From: Vicugna vicugna
Taxonomy: Eukaryota
NCBI GenBank assembly: GCA_013265495.1
Contig: MU057999.1
Span: forward strand, 620,001-684,000
Reading direction: 5' to 3'
DNA: 64,000 nucleotides
In this document: positions 50,211-62,929 of the stretch, piece by piece
Layout of the letters: every line of letters begins with the position of its first letter
Position numbering within the stretch: the first letter of the stretch is position 1
Notes under the pieces: generated by a model
What the model was told of the DNA's origin: nothing
Databases searched by the model: none
Seen by the model: only the letters and a program-made list of their open reading frames with translations
Translations under genes and position numbers: made by a program

Positions 50211-51499
50211 CCTAGGCTGGCACACGTGCCCTCTGACTTCCTGGGAGCCTGGCACTTTTCCTCTTGTTTCTCCACCTCTGCCTCTGTTGGCTTCTGCTTC
50301 ATGCTTCTCCCATTTAAAAATTTATTCTCCTCAAGTCCACTTCACACATTTCTCTCTTCCCCATTTCACTCAAACCTTCCTAAGAGTGACCCAACTTTGC
50401 TATTCTGTTTCCTCGCCATTCCTTTCCCTCTTGACTTGGGGTCGTGGCCCTCTGCTCCCCGGCTGCTCTACTGCCCCCCTGTGGCCAGTTCCCAGGATGT
50501 CCTGCCCTCCACTGTCCTGGTCCTCCCTCCTTCTATCTGGGAGGGCTCAGATCTCTGGGTTGCCCTCTGACTTCTGCTCCTCCACTTCCTGGCAGTCTCT
50601 GCCTGGGCTACTCACCCCAGGACATTTGCACTTCCCTTGACTTTGTGTGAGACCTTCACTCTGCTCCTTCTCCCTGGGGAGCTGCCTCCACGCTCTTGCC
50701 TCGCAGTTCAATTCCTCACAAGCACAACCTTGCCTGTGCTTGTCCTCCTCTGACCCCTTTCTCTTTCGGCAGCACCTCCATGGACCTTGTCACCTCTCTT
50801 CCTCTTCATGCTGTCACCCAGTCATGCTGTGCCAGGTCCCCTCCTAAGCATTCTCGGTGTCTCTGCACTCTTGGCAGCCCCATCACTATGGCCTCCAGGC
50901 CAGTTGGCTCCTGGGGGACTTTGCCTTTGGTGTTGTCTCCTGTGGTTCCACCTCTTGTTGTGCTCAGATTTGAGTATGCCACTCCCTGCGCAAACCCACA
51001 TGGGGTCGAGTCCAAGCCCTTGGTGGGGCGCTGGGCCCCAGGTGCTGACTTGTACCTGCTTCTCAGATGCACTTCTGCTCATCTCTGCGTATGCTTCAGC
51101 TCCTCCGACCCAGAGCTGCCACGGGTTGCCATGGGGACCACATTGCCCCACATCTCTCTACACATGGAGTCCTCCAACCCCAGCCCCTTTCCCATGACAC
51201 TCTCACTCGTCCTTTATTATTGGACCAGGGGATGTCTTCTTAGAGATGCCTTTGTGGACATCCTAGCTCTCCACCCCCAGTCACACCAGGTCACGGGCTC
51301 TTCCTGGTTTCCGTAACTGCTCAGGCTTTATCTCTGCGAGGCTAGTTATAACATCATTTAGGTGGTTTTCACATCTGTGCATGCTGTGTGCTTCTGGAGG
51401 GCCAGGCTGTGTGTTGCTGGAGGCCAGCATAGTGCCAGAACGCTCCAGATGCTCAGTCAAGGTTTAATGAAGGAACAGGAAGAACTAGAATAACTATGG

Positions 51500-51665
51500 C
51501 TCCCTGGTTACTGGCTATATGCCAGGCACCCTCTAAGGACTCTTCATATGTGAGCTCATTTAACCCCCACAACCACCTGTGTAGTGGGCACCACAATTGC
51601 TCCTATTTTACAGGAGGGTGCTGAGGCACAAATAAGGCTAAGCAGCTTGCCCAAAGTTGTGCAGA
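51500..51665 (-). mobile_element. MIR SINE
   Basis: tatgccaggcac...ctcatttaacccccacaacc...cctattttacag...ctgaggcaca...cttgcccaa. Confidence 0.75.
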
Positions 51666-52424
51666 GCTCTGGGGGCTGGCCCATACCCACCACACTGTGC
51701 TGCTTCTACAGCCCTGCCCACGCCCATCGCTGACCTCTGCCCTGTATCACCTCCACCGGGAATGCCAGGGCCTGGGGACCTCCTCCACCTTGCTGGGGAC
51801 CCAGCTTAGACTCCTCTTGTACCTGCACGACTCGTGCTCAGCCCACCTTGACCTCCTCGCCCCAGCAGCAAATATGCCCTTTATAGATGGCGTTCATCGG
51901 AACAGAGCACGGCACCCCAGAGCTCATTCCAGGCCCAGCACAAGCTGCTTGTCACCTCCCAAAGAGAGCTGGTGACACAGAGGCCCACCAGATACAGGCC
52001 GTTAAGAAACACCACCATCCACATCCTTGTCTTTGGAAATGCCATCTTCTTGTGGGGGGTGTGTTCGTTTACTTGAAAGGAAAAAGAGATGTAAGTTTTA
52101 ATGACTTTCATTTATTTGGAATAATGACAGTTCCCAACGTGCTGCCACTTCTTTGCTGTGTCTTATTTGATCTCTCTGTTTTCCTGCATAGTGTTCAGGA
52201 CAGGTTGGCCTCATTTCACTGAAGAAACAACCGAATGTCAGCAGTACTGGGTGCTGCCCCCTAGGTCCTCAGTGCCCGGTTTGCTGGCTCAAGCTTGCAT
52301 TCATTCCCGATCATTCTAAACACCTCCAGCCACCGGTCAACCCACAGTACCTGTCATTCAGCTGGCGGGTGGCAGAGGAAGCCCTGTACTCAGATATCAG
52401 CTCTGTCCAGGGCCCTGCATATGA

Positions 52425-52735
52425 AGATAGAATCTTTAGAGAAGTGGCTGAGATAAAAGGAAGCCATTAGGGTGGGTCTTAATCCAATAAGATTAGTGTC
52501 CTTATAAGAGAGGAAGAGACCCCAGGGATGCACCCACACAGAGTAAAGGCTACATGAGGACACACAGAAAGGCAGCCACCTGCGACCCAAACAGAGAGGC
52601 CTCGGGAGAAACCAGCCCTGCCGACACTTTGACCTTGGACTTTAGCATCCAGACCTGTAAGAAAATAAAATTCTGTGATTGAAGCCCCAAAGTCTGTGGT
52701 ATTTTGTTATGGCAATTCTAGAAAACTCAGACACA
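52425..52735 (+). mobile_element. MaLR LTR (MLT1A/B-like), 5' truncated
   Basis: cattagggtgggtcttaatccaata...gtccttataagagagg...ggcctcgggagaaaccagccctgccgacactttgaccttggact...gtctgtggtattttgttatggca. Confidence 0.9.
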
Positions 52736-54031
52736 CATATATTTTCAAGTTCTGTTGAATCCTGTGACCATTTATTTACATTCAGTCTTTCAATAGTCCC
52801 AGTCTTGTCAACACTGTTGTTTGCCCAAACACTGGCTACTGGGGGATGGGCTCCATCACTCACATCAAAGTGACCCTTAAAGGGGCCGTGCACTGTCCCG
52901 AGTACTGATGAGCAGAGCTCTGGACAACGCCGAGCACGTCCAGCTTGGCCACTCGCTCCCCAGGGGTCTGGGGGAGACAAGTAGACTTGACCGAGCCTAG
53001 GTTTGCTCCTCTGCACGATGAGTGTGTCTCAGCACAGGCTCAGTTCCCTTCCAACTCAAGAATGCCATCAGTTCCTGATGGGAGAGCGTACAAGATCTCT
53101 GGCTCAGTGATGCTATGACATTCATGTTTCGCGTTGCGAGGGTCCACAGCCCCCTACTGATCTCTTTCTGTTGAAAGGCTGAAATACGCAAGGCTCTTTG
53201 GTTCCTTTGTGGGACTGGAGCTGGTGACTCGGCGAGAAGGCTCAAAGGGATCTAAAAGCAGCTGGAACTGCCAGCTCACAGGAGAGGTGGCAGGAGTTTT
53301 ACGAGGACTTCAGCGAGTGCCTTTGAAACTTTCTGCTCTTCAAGTCTGTTTAAAGCTCGCTTCTGAAGCCTGATATCTTTCAACTCGGGTATCTTAATTC
53401 TTCCCTCCTGCCCTGGGGGCTGAGCCCAGAGGAGCTTTGCAGGACAGCGGCACTTGTGAGTGAAGCCCTGGGACAGGTGGCACTTGGGACAGGAGCCTGG
53501 GAACACGCGGGGGCGGGCCTCTGAGCAGGACGAGGTTCAAGGATGGGGAGAGCTGGGGGCAGGCAGGCCGGCAGGTGGACCCTGTGAAGGCCCAGGTCCT
53601 TTAAGGGGCCCTCTGGTATTGAGGTCAGAGCCGGGAAAGCACGTCTTTTGAGGCAGACTCCAAGAAAGGGGAGCTGAAGAGGCGGTGGAGTTAGCCTTCT
53701 GTGGCCTCTGGAATGAGAACATGTCACTTTGTTCCGTGGCACCTTGTAAACTGTGAAGTGAGGGCCGCTTACCCTGCCCCTTAGGGGATGACTCGCGAAC
53801 GCGTGGCCAACAGGCATGCTGGCCAAGCACAGATGGGAAGGCTAGAAGCTGCCGAAGGTCACTTAAGGCAAGGGACTTTTATCTTGGGGTACATGTGGCC
53901 CTAAGAGGCCCAGAGAGGGACTTCACAGAGTCCGAGACACATGCAAATGTGTGGTCATTTTGGCAGGGGTGAAGACCATAGCTTTAATTAGATTCCCAAA
54001 TATGTCTGACCCTTCAAAGGTTCAGAAGCTC

Positions 54032-54119
54032 GGGATGGGGGTATAGCTCAGTGCTGGAGTGTGTGCTTAGCATGCGCGAGGTCCTGGGTTCAATCTCCAG
54101 TAACTTCGTTAAAAAAAAA
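54032..54119 (+). mobile_element. Camelid tRNA(Ala)-derived SINE (Vic-1-like, short form)
   Basis: ggggtatagctcagtg...gcttagcatgcgcgaggtcctgggttcaatctccagta plus polyA; 16-bp TSD aaaggtt(c/a)agaagctc at 54016-54031 and 54120-54135. Confidence 0.9.
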
Positions 54120-55254
54120 AAAGGTTAAGAAGCTCTAATTTGGGATGAAATATGGTGAATGTTAAATTAGAACCTGGAATGTTTTCCAGAAGGAAGACTG
54201 CCAAGAAGTTATGGCAGGAGATGGTGGAATCTGGGACAGGGGGTCAGTGTGAAAACTATTTAGAGATTATCCATCACCGGAGACAGTGGTGGGAGAGTGA
54301 GTGGATCCAGGGGCTGGTGCTGGCTCTGGGCACAGAAATAGATTCCAAAAGGAGGAAGGACACCTAAGAGAGTAGCCTTGTGCCACTTGGTGAGGTAGAA
54401 ATTGTATATGTAAGAACTCAGTCAGTTCTCACAGCTACCACTTGACATTTGAAGAAACTGAGGCCCAGAGACGTTGGAAATTAGCCCGAAGTCAACTGGC
54501 TAACAAACAAATCTTGCGAGAGCAGCAAGCCAGCCCTGCTGGGGCCCTTTGCCCACTCTCACTATACTCTGCAAGCCCCTTTGGGGGTCTACACCTCCCT
54601 GTTGGCCGACCCACCCTATTCTGGTTCTGCAACCAGTGAGCAGCTGGGGGTTTAGAGGGAGCGTCTTCTGGGAAGGAGTTCTCCAAGTGATGCCTGGGGC
54701 TGGGGCTCTGGTCTAATCGAACTCCTATTACACTCAGCAAATGGTCTTTCTGCATCATCAGTTGGTTTCATTTAAGAATAGTTTCGGAGAATTGGTTCCC
54801 AAATCCTGTTATTTCTGAGTCTCCATGGGGAATTGAGTTCTGGGTCAGTTGGTCATTCTGGGTATCTTTTAGCTAAAACAGACATAACTGGGGAATGAAT
54901 CTGCAGTTGTACTGGGGAGCAGTTCATACTGGATACCCAGAAGAGCACGCTTACCCTCGGAGCTGCAAATTATCATTATCTAGACATCCTGGTCCTGGAA
55001 GCCAACAGTAAAAGCTCCAAAGGAAGGAATTTGTGGGGGACTCAGGAGTGGGCAGGCATAGCAGAAGTAAGCTGTGTGATCTTTCCCTCCTGAAGTGCCA
55101 CTTTTACAACGCCACTATGAATAAACATTTACTTGCAACCTACACGATGTGAAATATTTTTGAGTATTTCATGCTTTGACCCCATGTGTTCATCCAGCCA
55201 TCCAAGCGGCCATCTGTCTGGCACTGAAGAGTCCATGAGGAATAATGATGATGA

Positions 55255-55410
55255 AGAAGATAATGAAGATTTATCCTGTGCTTCCTACATGCTGGGCACA
55301 GTTCTGAGGACCTCACTCATTCAGTACTCCCAACAACACTGGGAGGAAGGTACTATTATTATCCCCATTTTACAGATGAGGAAAATGAGCAACAAAGAGA
55401 TTAAGTGACG
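55255..55410 (-). mobile_element. MIR SINE
   Basis: tactattattatccccattttacagatgaggaaaatgag core. Confidence 0.85.
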
Positions 55411-56129
55411 CGTCTAGGATGCTCATGTAGGCAGGAGTGGGAGGAGGGATGGGAGTTAGTGAGCAGGTGTCCAACTTGGCAGCTGGGGTGACAGTCACTG
55501 AAGGGCTTTGAGTCGGGACCCTAGAATTCATTGACAGATACAGTCTGTTTTTAAACCTCTGGAGATTGTTAAACTGTGATGATGCCTCTCCTACCTCTGA
55601 AAGGGTTTGTGGATTAAAAGGCTGAACGAAGTAGATTGGCTACAGCTACAGCCAGGCAGTACTCATTAAAAGGCAGGTGCAGTGAGGGGGAGGTGGTGGA
55701 AGGTTTCAGGCACCAGAAACTAGCAGATGACACATCTCACGATGATCGTGGTTTTATGTTTTGCTAAAGCAAAGCAATTTTGCGTGGTTCTCCTTATCCG
55801 AAATTTGATTAAAGTTTTAAAAGTTTTATTTTAATGTTTTGAATCCACTCTCTTGAAGAAAACAGTTTGTATCTAAATCTGAGTGTGAAGGTTGCTGAGA
55901 GACTATTCATAGAAGTATACAATTTGAGGGCAGGAAAGGGCCTGGAAATTGGGTCCCATGCTCTAATTTCATGAGCACACTTGACTATGACTTGTTCAAG
56001 GTCAGACAGCAAGAATTTGATGCTCATTAGGAGTAACCTATGTCTTTTACCTAAGACCAAGAACTAAATAATAAGAGAGAAGGAAAATCATTTTTTTTAA
56101 AGGTTGAGATATGTTATCAACTCGAACTC

Positions 56130-56480
56130 CATCAGTTACAGGTGATAGAAAAATCAACTGACGTCTTCAAGCAAAAATAGAGAATATATCCCTTGTTCAT
56201 GTGAGTGAGAAATCCCGGACCCTGGTTTAAGACATGGGGCTCAAATGATATAATAAGGACTTGATCTGTCTCTCACCCTGTTTCCTCTTTCCATATTTGC
56301 TTCATTTTTAGGCAGGTTCTTTTCATAAGCCACCAAAATTGTCCCAGCACCTCCAAGATGGCTTACATGAAAGAATGTTCCTTCGGTCCAAATGGACCAA
56401 GTTAGGTCTCCCCTCCATCCTTGGACCAATGACAGTCGCCAAGAGGGATGCCAGGTGCTGATTGGATGCCTGAATATAAG
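56130..56480 (-). mobile_element. Old MLT1 (J/K/L-like) LTR
   Basis: cagttacaggtgatagaaaaatcaact...tgcttcattttaggcagg...ccttggaccaatgacagtcgccaagagggatg...gctgattgg. Confidence 0.55.
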
Positions 56481-57454
56481 AGACATGCTTATCATGCTGG
56501 CTCCACTAATCAGAGCCCTCACTGGAGCTGGAGCTGGTCCAGGGGCTAGGACACGTGGCTGAAGTGGAGGAGGGGAGGAGTCTTGGATGCAGGTAGGCAT
56601 TAAGTTGTGTTTAACTGGGCTGTGCATGTTTAATGTGTCCTAACATAACTATTTTTCACGAAAAAAAAAACAGTATTACTGACACGTTATGGTTTACACA
56701 GACCTTTATGGACTTAAACTTATAGCCTAAACATCATGTATAAGACAATTTGTTTGGAAAAAATGTACAACCTCACACCATGCATCTTATATATAAATGC
56801 ATTTATATCAATTTACACTCTTTTGGGATGAAGCAGTGATCATAACAGTTAGGTCTTTGGGGAAGTGTGGTTACTGGGACCCCGTCCAGAGCTTTGCAGA
56901 TGCCCTGTCTGACCCACAGCACCCGTGAAAGGCACACGTCTACACAGACGTGCTGAGGGCTTCTCTCTGGGGATGCTCATCACACCACTTGCATGAGGAT
57001 TCCCACCTGCATTTATCCTTTGCCCTTTGTCCCAGAGTCTGGGTGTAGAATGTGGTCTATGACTCTTTGTGTATTGATTAGAGTCTACATTTAGAACAAG
57101 GTAACCCTTGGGGTTTCATCTCTGGGTGCCCAACTTCAGCGCTTTCTGAAGAATGCTCTGGTTTGGGAACAGAAGAGTTCGGGTAATAAGAAGCTATAGA
57201 TGATGCCACCCCCACCTCCGCCTGCTTAGCTGAGGCTTTCTACCTCCTTCAGCCGGAACCCTGAGCCCAGGGGCTTCCAGCCAGCCCATCTGTCCACCAG
57301 CAGAGTTACAGGGCATGGGCGAACCAGCAGGAGGCACTGTAAGCACACGGTGGATGAGAGCAGGAGCTCCTCAGACCGCTTCAGATTCTAGCCCAATGGT
57401 CTTCATTCTCTTCATGCTTAAAGAGGAGACACTGTTCCAATGATACATTTGCCT

Positions 57455-57650
57455 GCCATTACTAAGGGCTTACGCTGTGCCCGGCTCTGGGCTACCAGTG
57501 TCCCCTCCCTTACATCATCTAATTCCCCTAAACCATAGCAAGCAGGTCTTGTCATCTGTATTTTAGCGATGAGAAAACTGAGGCTCAGAGAGGTTAACTG
57601 ACTTGCTCAAGGTCAAAATCCCGGGGCTCAAGGCCTGGTCTGACTCCCAC
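57455..57650 (-). mobile_element. MIR SINE
   Basis: gatgagaaaactgaggctcagagaggttaactgacttgctcaaggtca. Confidence 0.85.
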
Positions 57651-59344
57651 GCCTCTGCTCTTGTGACTCACTCCCCTGTGGGGAAAGAACATGGAAAGAG
57701 CGTAGCCCAGGGCCCACTCCCCTGGGGTGTTCGCAAACAGGGCTGGTTGCTGCTGCTGCAAAGCAGAGGTCCTGGACAACCCTCAAAAGGACAGCCGGCC
57801 CTGCAGAATCTTGAGCTGGCCATGGTCTCCCTGAAAACTTGTTTATTGCCCTTGTGGTTCTCTGAAGAAAGAGCTGTCTGTTCTCTCTCAATTTCTCAGG
57901 CTCTCAGAAGGTAGGCTCGAGTTACCGAGCACATCCACCTGTTGTCCTGGGTCGGGAGGGGCCGGGGAGCTCAGGTGACCCAGCGCACGTCTGACCTGGG
58001 CTGGGGTCAGCAGCGTCCTCGGCAGTCTGAGAGGCTGGCCAGCCAAGAGCCTTTCTGCTGGAGGCCCGATGGGAGCAGTCGGGGCTGCTCTGGGCCCTCA
58101 AACCTTCCCTCAGGTCCTCCTGGCCCCCACCGCCCACCCCACACAGAGCACAGGCTCTTCCCCGAGGCAGCTCCACAGCGGTGAGGGCAGCTCCCAGATC
58201 CAGGAGAGGTTGGGGAAAGGCAAGGAATAGCAGCTCAGAAACCTGCCAAGACTAGTGACTGCTTCTTGGTACCTGGCATGGGGCTCAGGCTCTCTGTTCC
58301 CTGTGTCATGTGACCTTCCAACACACTGAGTGAGTGATTCACTGTCACAGGCGTCATTTTAGGGCCAGAGAAACAGGCTGAGCGAGGTGGCGTAACATGC
58401 CTGCTCGCACCCAGCAGACACAGCTAGACTTGCTTGATGTCTAGCATGGAAGTTCATTGTCTTAGTCATGCTGCTGAAGGGTCCCTCCCCCAAAACAAAA
58501 GCTTGGGACAAGGCTGTATTCTTGCGCTTTCCTTCGGGAAACACGTTAGCACAATGACAGTGTTGGGGAAAGCGTCAGCCACGAGCCAGGCACCATTCTG
58601 GTGCTCTCCTCATCCTCGAGTCTCACAACAGTCCTGCAGACTACAGCTCAGAGAGGTCGAGTGACTCACCCCCTGTCACACAGCTCTCTATGCTTTCATA
58701 GACCCAACTTTAGTCACCCGGGAGAAGTTCTCAAAGTGCACCAGGACACACATTTTCTCATCCCCTCCACCTTCATCAAATTTCTCAAAAGCTACTGACC
58801 CTTCTCACCACTTCATGTGATTCTCTGCAAAAATTCTAGCTTAAACTCAGCTGAGCCTGTAGCAAGTCCAGAAATGTGAGCTGCAGCCTGAATGAATGGG
58901 CTGCTTGTCACCCAGGTCCCAGAGAGCTGGGAGATGGCGCTGTCCTCCTTATTGCTGAAGGAGCGTCCCCAGTGTTTGTCTGCACCAGGAGCAAATCCTG
59001 ACCCTTGATGCCTGCTACGCTTATTTCAATGGGCAGTGTCGGCTCCAGCTGGGGTCAGGACTGATGTACCATGGAAAGTGTTCAATTCAAATGGGTGCTG
59101 TTGCAAGGGACAGAACTGCATGCACTCTCACTTAAGTTAAAAAAAACATTTTATTGAGAAGATATTATACAGAGTAATATACAGACTCTAAGGAGAGCAG
59201 AATAATCAGGCCTCAAGAAAGACGGGAATCCAGGGTGCCCAGGACCTGCAGCAGGAAGGAGGGGCAGCTTCCTCAGTGTGCTGCCCAGGATGGGTCAGCC
59301 ACAGCTGTGGCCTCACTTCACGCGGCTCAAGATTCAAATTCCCA

Positions 59345-59992
59345 ACCCACAAGTGGCTATAATCAAAAAGGCAGATAGCAACAAGTGTTGACAAGGACGT
59401 GGAGCAACTGGAACTCTTCTATGTTGCTAGTGCGAATGTAAACTGGTACAGCTACTTTGGAAAACAATCTGATGCTTTCTCATCAGCAGTTAAACATAAA
59501 CTTGCCATGCTCCACTCCCAGGTGTTCACCCAAGAGAAGTGAAAGCAAACCCACACACAGAGTGGCATGCAGCTGTTCCTAGCAACATTCCCACCAAAAG
59601 ACGGAAATAACCAAATGGCCATTTAGAGAATGGATGAACAAAATGTGACAGAGTCACCCAATGGAATGCAAGTAGGCTATAAAAAGGAATGAAGTATTGA
59701 CACATGCTGCGATGGATGAAACTCAAAAACATGTATATTGTACGATTCCATTCATATGAAATGCCTAGAAACAGCAAATCTTAGACATAAAGCAGAGCAG
59801 TGATCGCCTTGAGCACAGGGAGTGCCTGCAAATGGGCACAAGGTTACTTTTCAGGGTGATGGAAAGGTTTTAACACTAGATTGTGGTGATGGTAGTGTAA
59901 CTCTACAAATTTGCTGAAAGTTCCTGAATTGTATATTCAAAACAAGTGAATTTTATGGTATGTAAACTCTACCTCAAGGAAACTATTAAAAG
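59345..59992 (+). mobile_element. L1MB/ME-like 3' end
   Basis: aacaagtgttgacaaggacgtggagcaactggaactct...actggtacagctactttggaaaac...gattgtggtgatggt...gtgaattttatggtatgtaaa. Confidence 0.85.
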
Positions 59993-61207
59993 GGAAGGAT
60001 GTGGGCTTCCAGCAGAATCTGACTCACTTGTGCAGTGCCCCTGAGGCACCGTACCCAACAGGCCGCCAAGGAGACAACAAGAAACTGGAGACTATCAGGC
60101 TAGTGTCCTATCAGCAGCCCAAGTGAGAAGAAGGGCTGCTGACAGGAACCTCAGACACCCCCTCCTTCTCTCGGGATGGCAGGTGGCTGGGACCATCATT
60201 TTGGCTTCCTCAAGTGTCAGAGTTGCCAGTCACTGAACTGCACTCCTCTGCAGCTGAGGTCGGGCTTATGACAGCCTCCCCCCGCATCCGGATCCTCGTG
60301 ACAAAGGCCTTCTTCTGCCAGGGACTTAACAACTGAGGCTGAGATTGGGTTCTGGCATGGAGACCTGGGGGATAGCTTCCAGGGACAAGCAATAAGTCAG
60401 GAGCTTGCAGAGGTGTGGTTTTGCTCACAAAAACGAAATAGACGCTTAGTGACTGTTGGGCATGGCACAGTTACCTCCAGCTGTGCGTACATGGAAGTGC
60501 ACACAGGATGACCACTCTGCCCCCATGTACTTTGGAGTCTCTCTCTCTCGGTCTCAGCCCCTTTTCTACCCAACAAACAAGATAATGAGGAAGCCCAAAC
60601 TAGAAAGAAAGGACAGCTCTAAGCTAGGAAAAGTAGACAAAGGAGAGGGTACCGATGTCAGCAGATAGCAGGATGAGAACGGAAGTGACTTCCAGAAGGC
60701 ATCTGGGTCGCATCATTGCTGGGGTCCCGGAGCAGAGCTTCACACACTCTGTGGTTTGTGAATTGTGTGAAGGACCATATTACTTTCTAATGAACACTTA
60801 CTAATGATTTTCTGTAACTGACTAGTGAGGCTACCAGTGAGCTGCTACAACAAGTTCAAAGAGGAATCCAAGGAGTAGACATAATCACAGATTAGGAATA
60901 CTGCAGTGAATGAGTAAATGGAGGCTAAGCTGTCTTCGGCCACAGCAAGGGAGGGAAGGCAGTTGCATGACAGAGCTTTGGATGTCTGTGGGCAGAAATC
61001 GTTTTGCATTGCTGCTAGTTATCTACAATTTATAAAATTGTAAAATAGCTCAGCGAAAGGCTAGAATCAGCTAAGCAGGGAGCATGTGCTCTCAGCAATG
61101 CAGTTTGCCCTTGAAGTATAAAATTTTCTATGGAGTACCTTGACCCCCTCTTTGCTTGGATAACCAGTGTTTATCCTCTAAGATTCATCTCAGGCATGAG
61201 AGGAGCA

Positions 61208-61472
61208 TATTTTAAAAATTTCCAATGCATCGTGGAACACTTTTGTAAAGTATAGTAAAAATAAATTGCTAGAAAGATAAAATGAAAGAGAGAAGACATA
61301 CAAAATATAAGCCCAACTTATCTTATTGCTAGTTTCAAGTAGGCATAAAATAACTCTCTCAAGTTACTATGGAAGCTTCTAGAAGCTCCTCAAGATGTCT
61401 GTACTTATCACAGCTGGTGGTGACTAGTTCTCAGCCCGGCCCCGATACATGGAGCACATTTCCAGCAGCACC
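61208..61472 (-). mobile_element. hAT-Charlie DNA transposon fragment (Charlie18a-like)
   Basis: agacatacaaaatataagccc...cataaaataactct...ctgtacttatc resembles a reversed Charlie-family element; the subfamily is uncertain. Confidence 0.55.
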
Positions 61473-61601
61473 GCACACCCACTGCCGCAGAGGCTTCTGG
61501 AGCTGCTGCCTTCTGATGCCAGGGTCCCTGAGGTCCAGCCTTCATCTTGCTCCCACTGTTTAATTCCCAGGAGACTCCCCATCCTTATTAGTTAATCTGG
61601 A

Positions 61602-62520
61602 ACAGCAGATCTCCAACTCTTCAGTCTCAGGACCCCTTAACACTCTTAAAAATTATTGAGGATCCCAAAAATTTCTTTTTAAAAGGTAGGTTATGGTTAT
61701 CAATGTTTATCATATTAGAAACTAAGACCAAGGAATTTAAAAAATGATTTATCCATTCACTTAAAAATAACTGTAATACAAAATTTGTAGATACTGACAG
61801 GCATATATAGAATAGATAAAAAAGATTATACTGTATAGCACAGGGAAATATATACAAGATCTTGTGGTAGCTCAAAGAGAAAAAAATGTGACAATGAATA
61901 TATGTATGTTCACGTATAACTGAAAAATTGTGCTCTACACTGGAATTTGACACAACATTGTAAAATGACTGTAACTCTATAAAAAATGTTTAAAAAATAA
62001 AAAAAATGTGACATATATGTATGTTCACGTATAACTGAAAAATTGTGCTCTACACTGGAATTTGACACAACATTGTAAAATGACTGTAACTCTATAAAAA
62101 ATGTTTAAAAAATAAAATAAAATAAAAATAACTTCAATAAATCATTGTATGTTAACATATTTTTAATGAAAATGATGATTTCTCAAAACAAAACTAAATA
62201 GAAGAGTGGCATTATTTAAGTTTATGGAAACTCTCTTAGGGTCTGCTTCTCTGGTTCCTTTCTCTAACATAATAGGAGACAGCTGAATTCTCATATCTGC
62301 TTTTGCATCCAGTCTATTGCAGGATCACACCTCATATAACGTCTGGAAAACGTAGTTATCATACATCAAATAACCTCTGGAAAATTCCTTTGTGTATCTG
62401 TGAGAGAAAGAATGAAAGAGGCAAATAAAACACTATTAGAAAAATAGTCTGACCTCATAGATCCTTTAAAAAGTCTTGAGGGACTTCAGGGGTCCTCAGA
62501 TAACACCTTAAGGATTCTGG
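61602..62520 (+). mobile_element. MER119-like hAT-Charlie DNA transposon, interrupted by a young L1 end
   Basis: gtctcaggaccccttaacactcttaaaaattattgagga...gaagagtggcatt...gacagctgaattctcatatctgctt...caggggtcc. Confidence 0.8.
61773..62122 (+). mobile_element. Young camelid-type L1 3' end with a tandemly duplicated terminus
   Basis: ctgtatagcacagggaaatatatacaagatcttgtggtagctc...aattgtgctctacactggaatttgacacaacattgtaaaatgact; TSD taaaaataact at 61762-61772 and 62123-62133. Confidence 0.9.
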
Positions 62521-62579
62521 TCTGAGATCTCTAGTCTAATAATACCAGATTCACACACACATACACATGTGAACGTTTA

Positions 62580-62655
62580 AGATCACCAGCTGTCCCTGTT
62601 TGCCTGGGACTGTCCTGGTTTTAACACTAAAAGCCCTATGTCTAGGGCAAACTGT
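62580..62655 (+). mobile_element. MER81-like hAT-Blackjack fragment
   Basis: accagctgtccctgtttgcctgggactgtcctggttttaacactaaaag. Confidence 0.6.
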
Positions 62656-62674
62656 GGCTCTTGGCCTCACAAAT

Positions 62675-62700
62675 ACACACACACACACACACACACACAC
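62675..62700. repeat. (AC)n microsatellite
   Basis: Perfect AC run. Confidence 0.95.
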
Positions 62701-62929
62701 GCAGATAGAGCGGCGTACGCTTCCACTGGAGCCAGCCTGGGTACCCTGCTCTGGGCTCTGTTTCTAGGCTCTGCCTCCTCCCTTTCCCTCTCCCTCTCTC
62801 TTCCTCCTCCTCCTCTGTCTAATCCACTTCCCAGACCCTTCAGTGAACTGGCTGAGTCAGGGCAGGCACACAGCTGCGTGGTGGAGACTGCCGGGTGCCC
62901 ACTGCATAGCCTTTCCCCCTCCCTCCTTA

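Noticed and set aside
54032..54105. tRNA-Ala(AGC)-like sequence as a functional tRNA gene
   Set aside because: It has a polyA tail and TSD and a poorly paired acceptor stem, so it is a tRNA-derived SINE.
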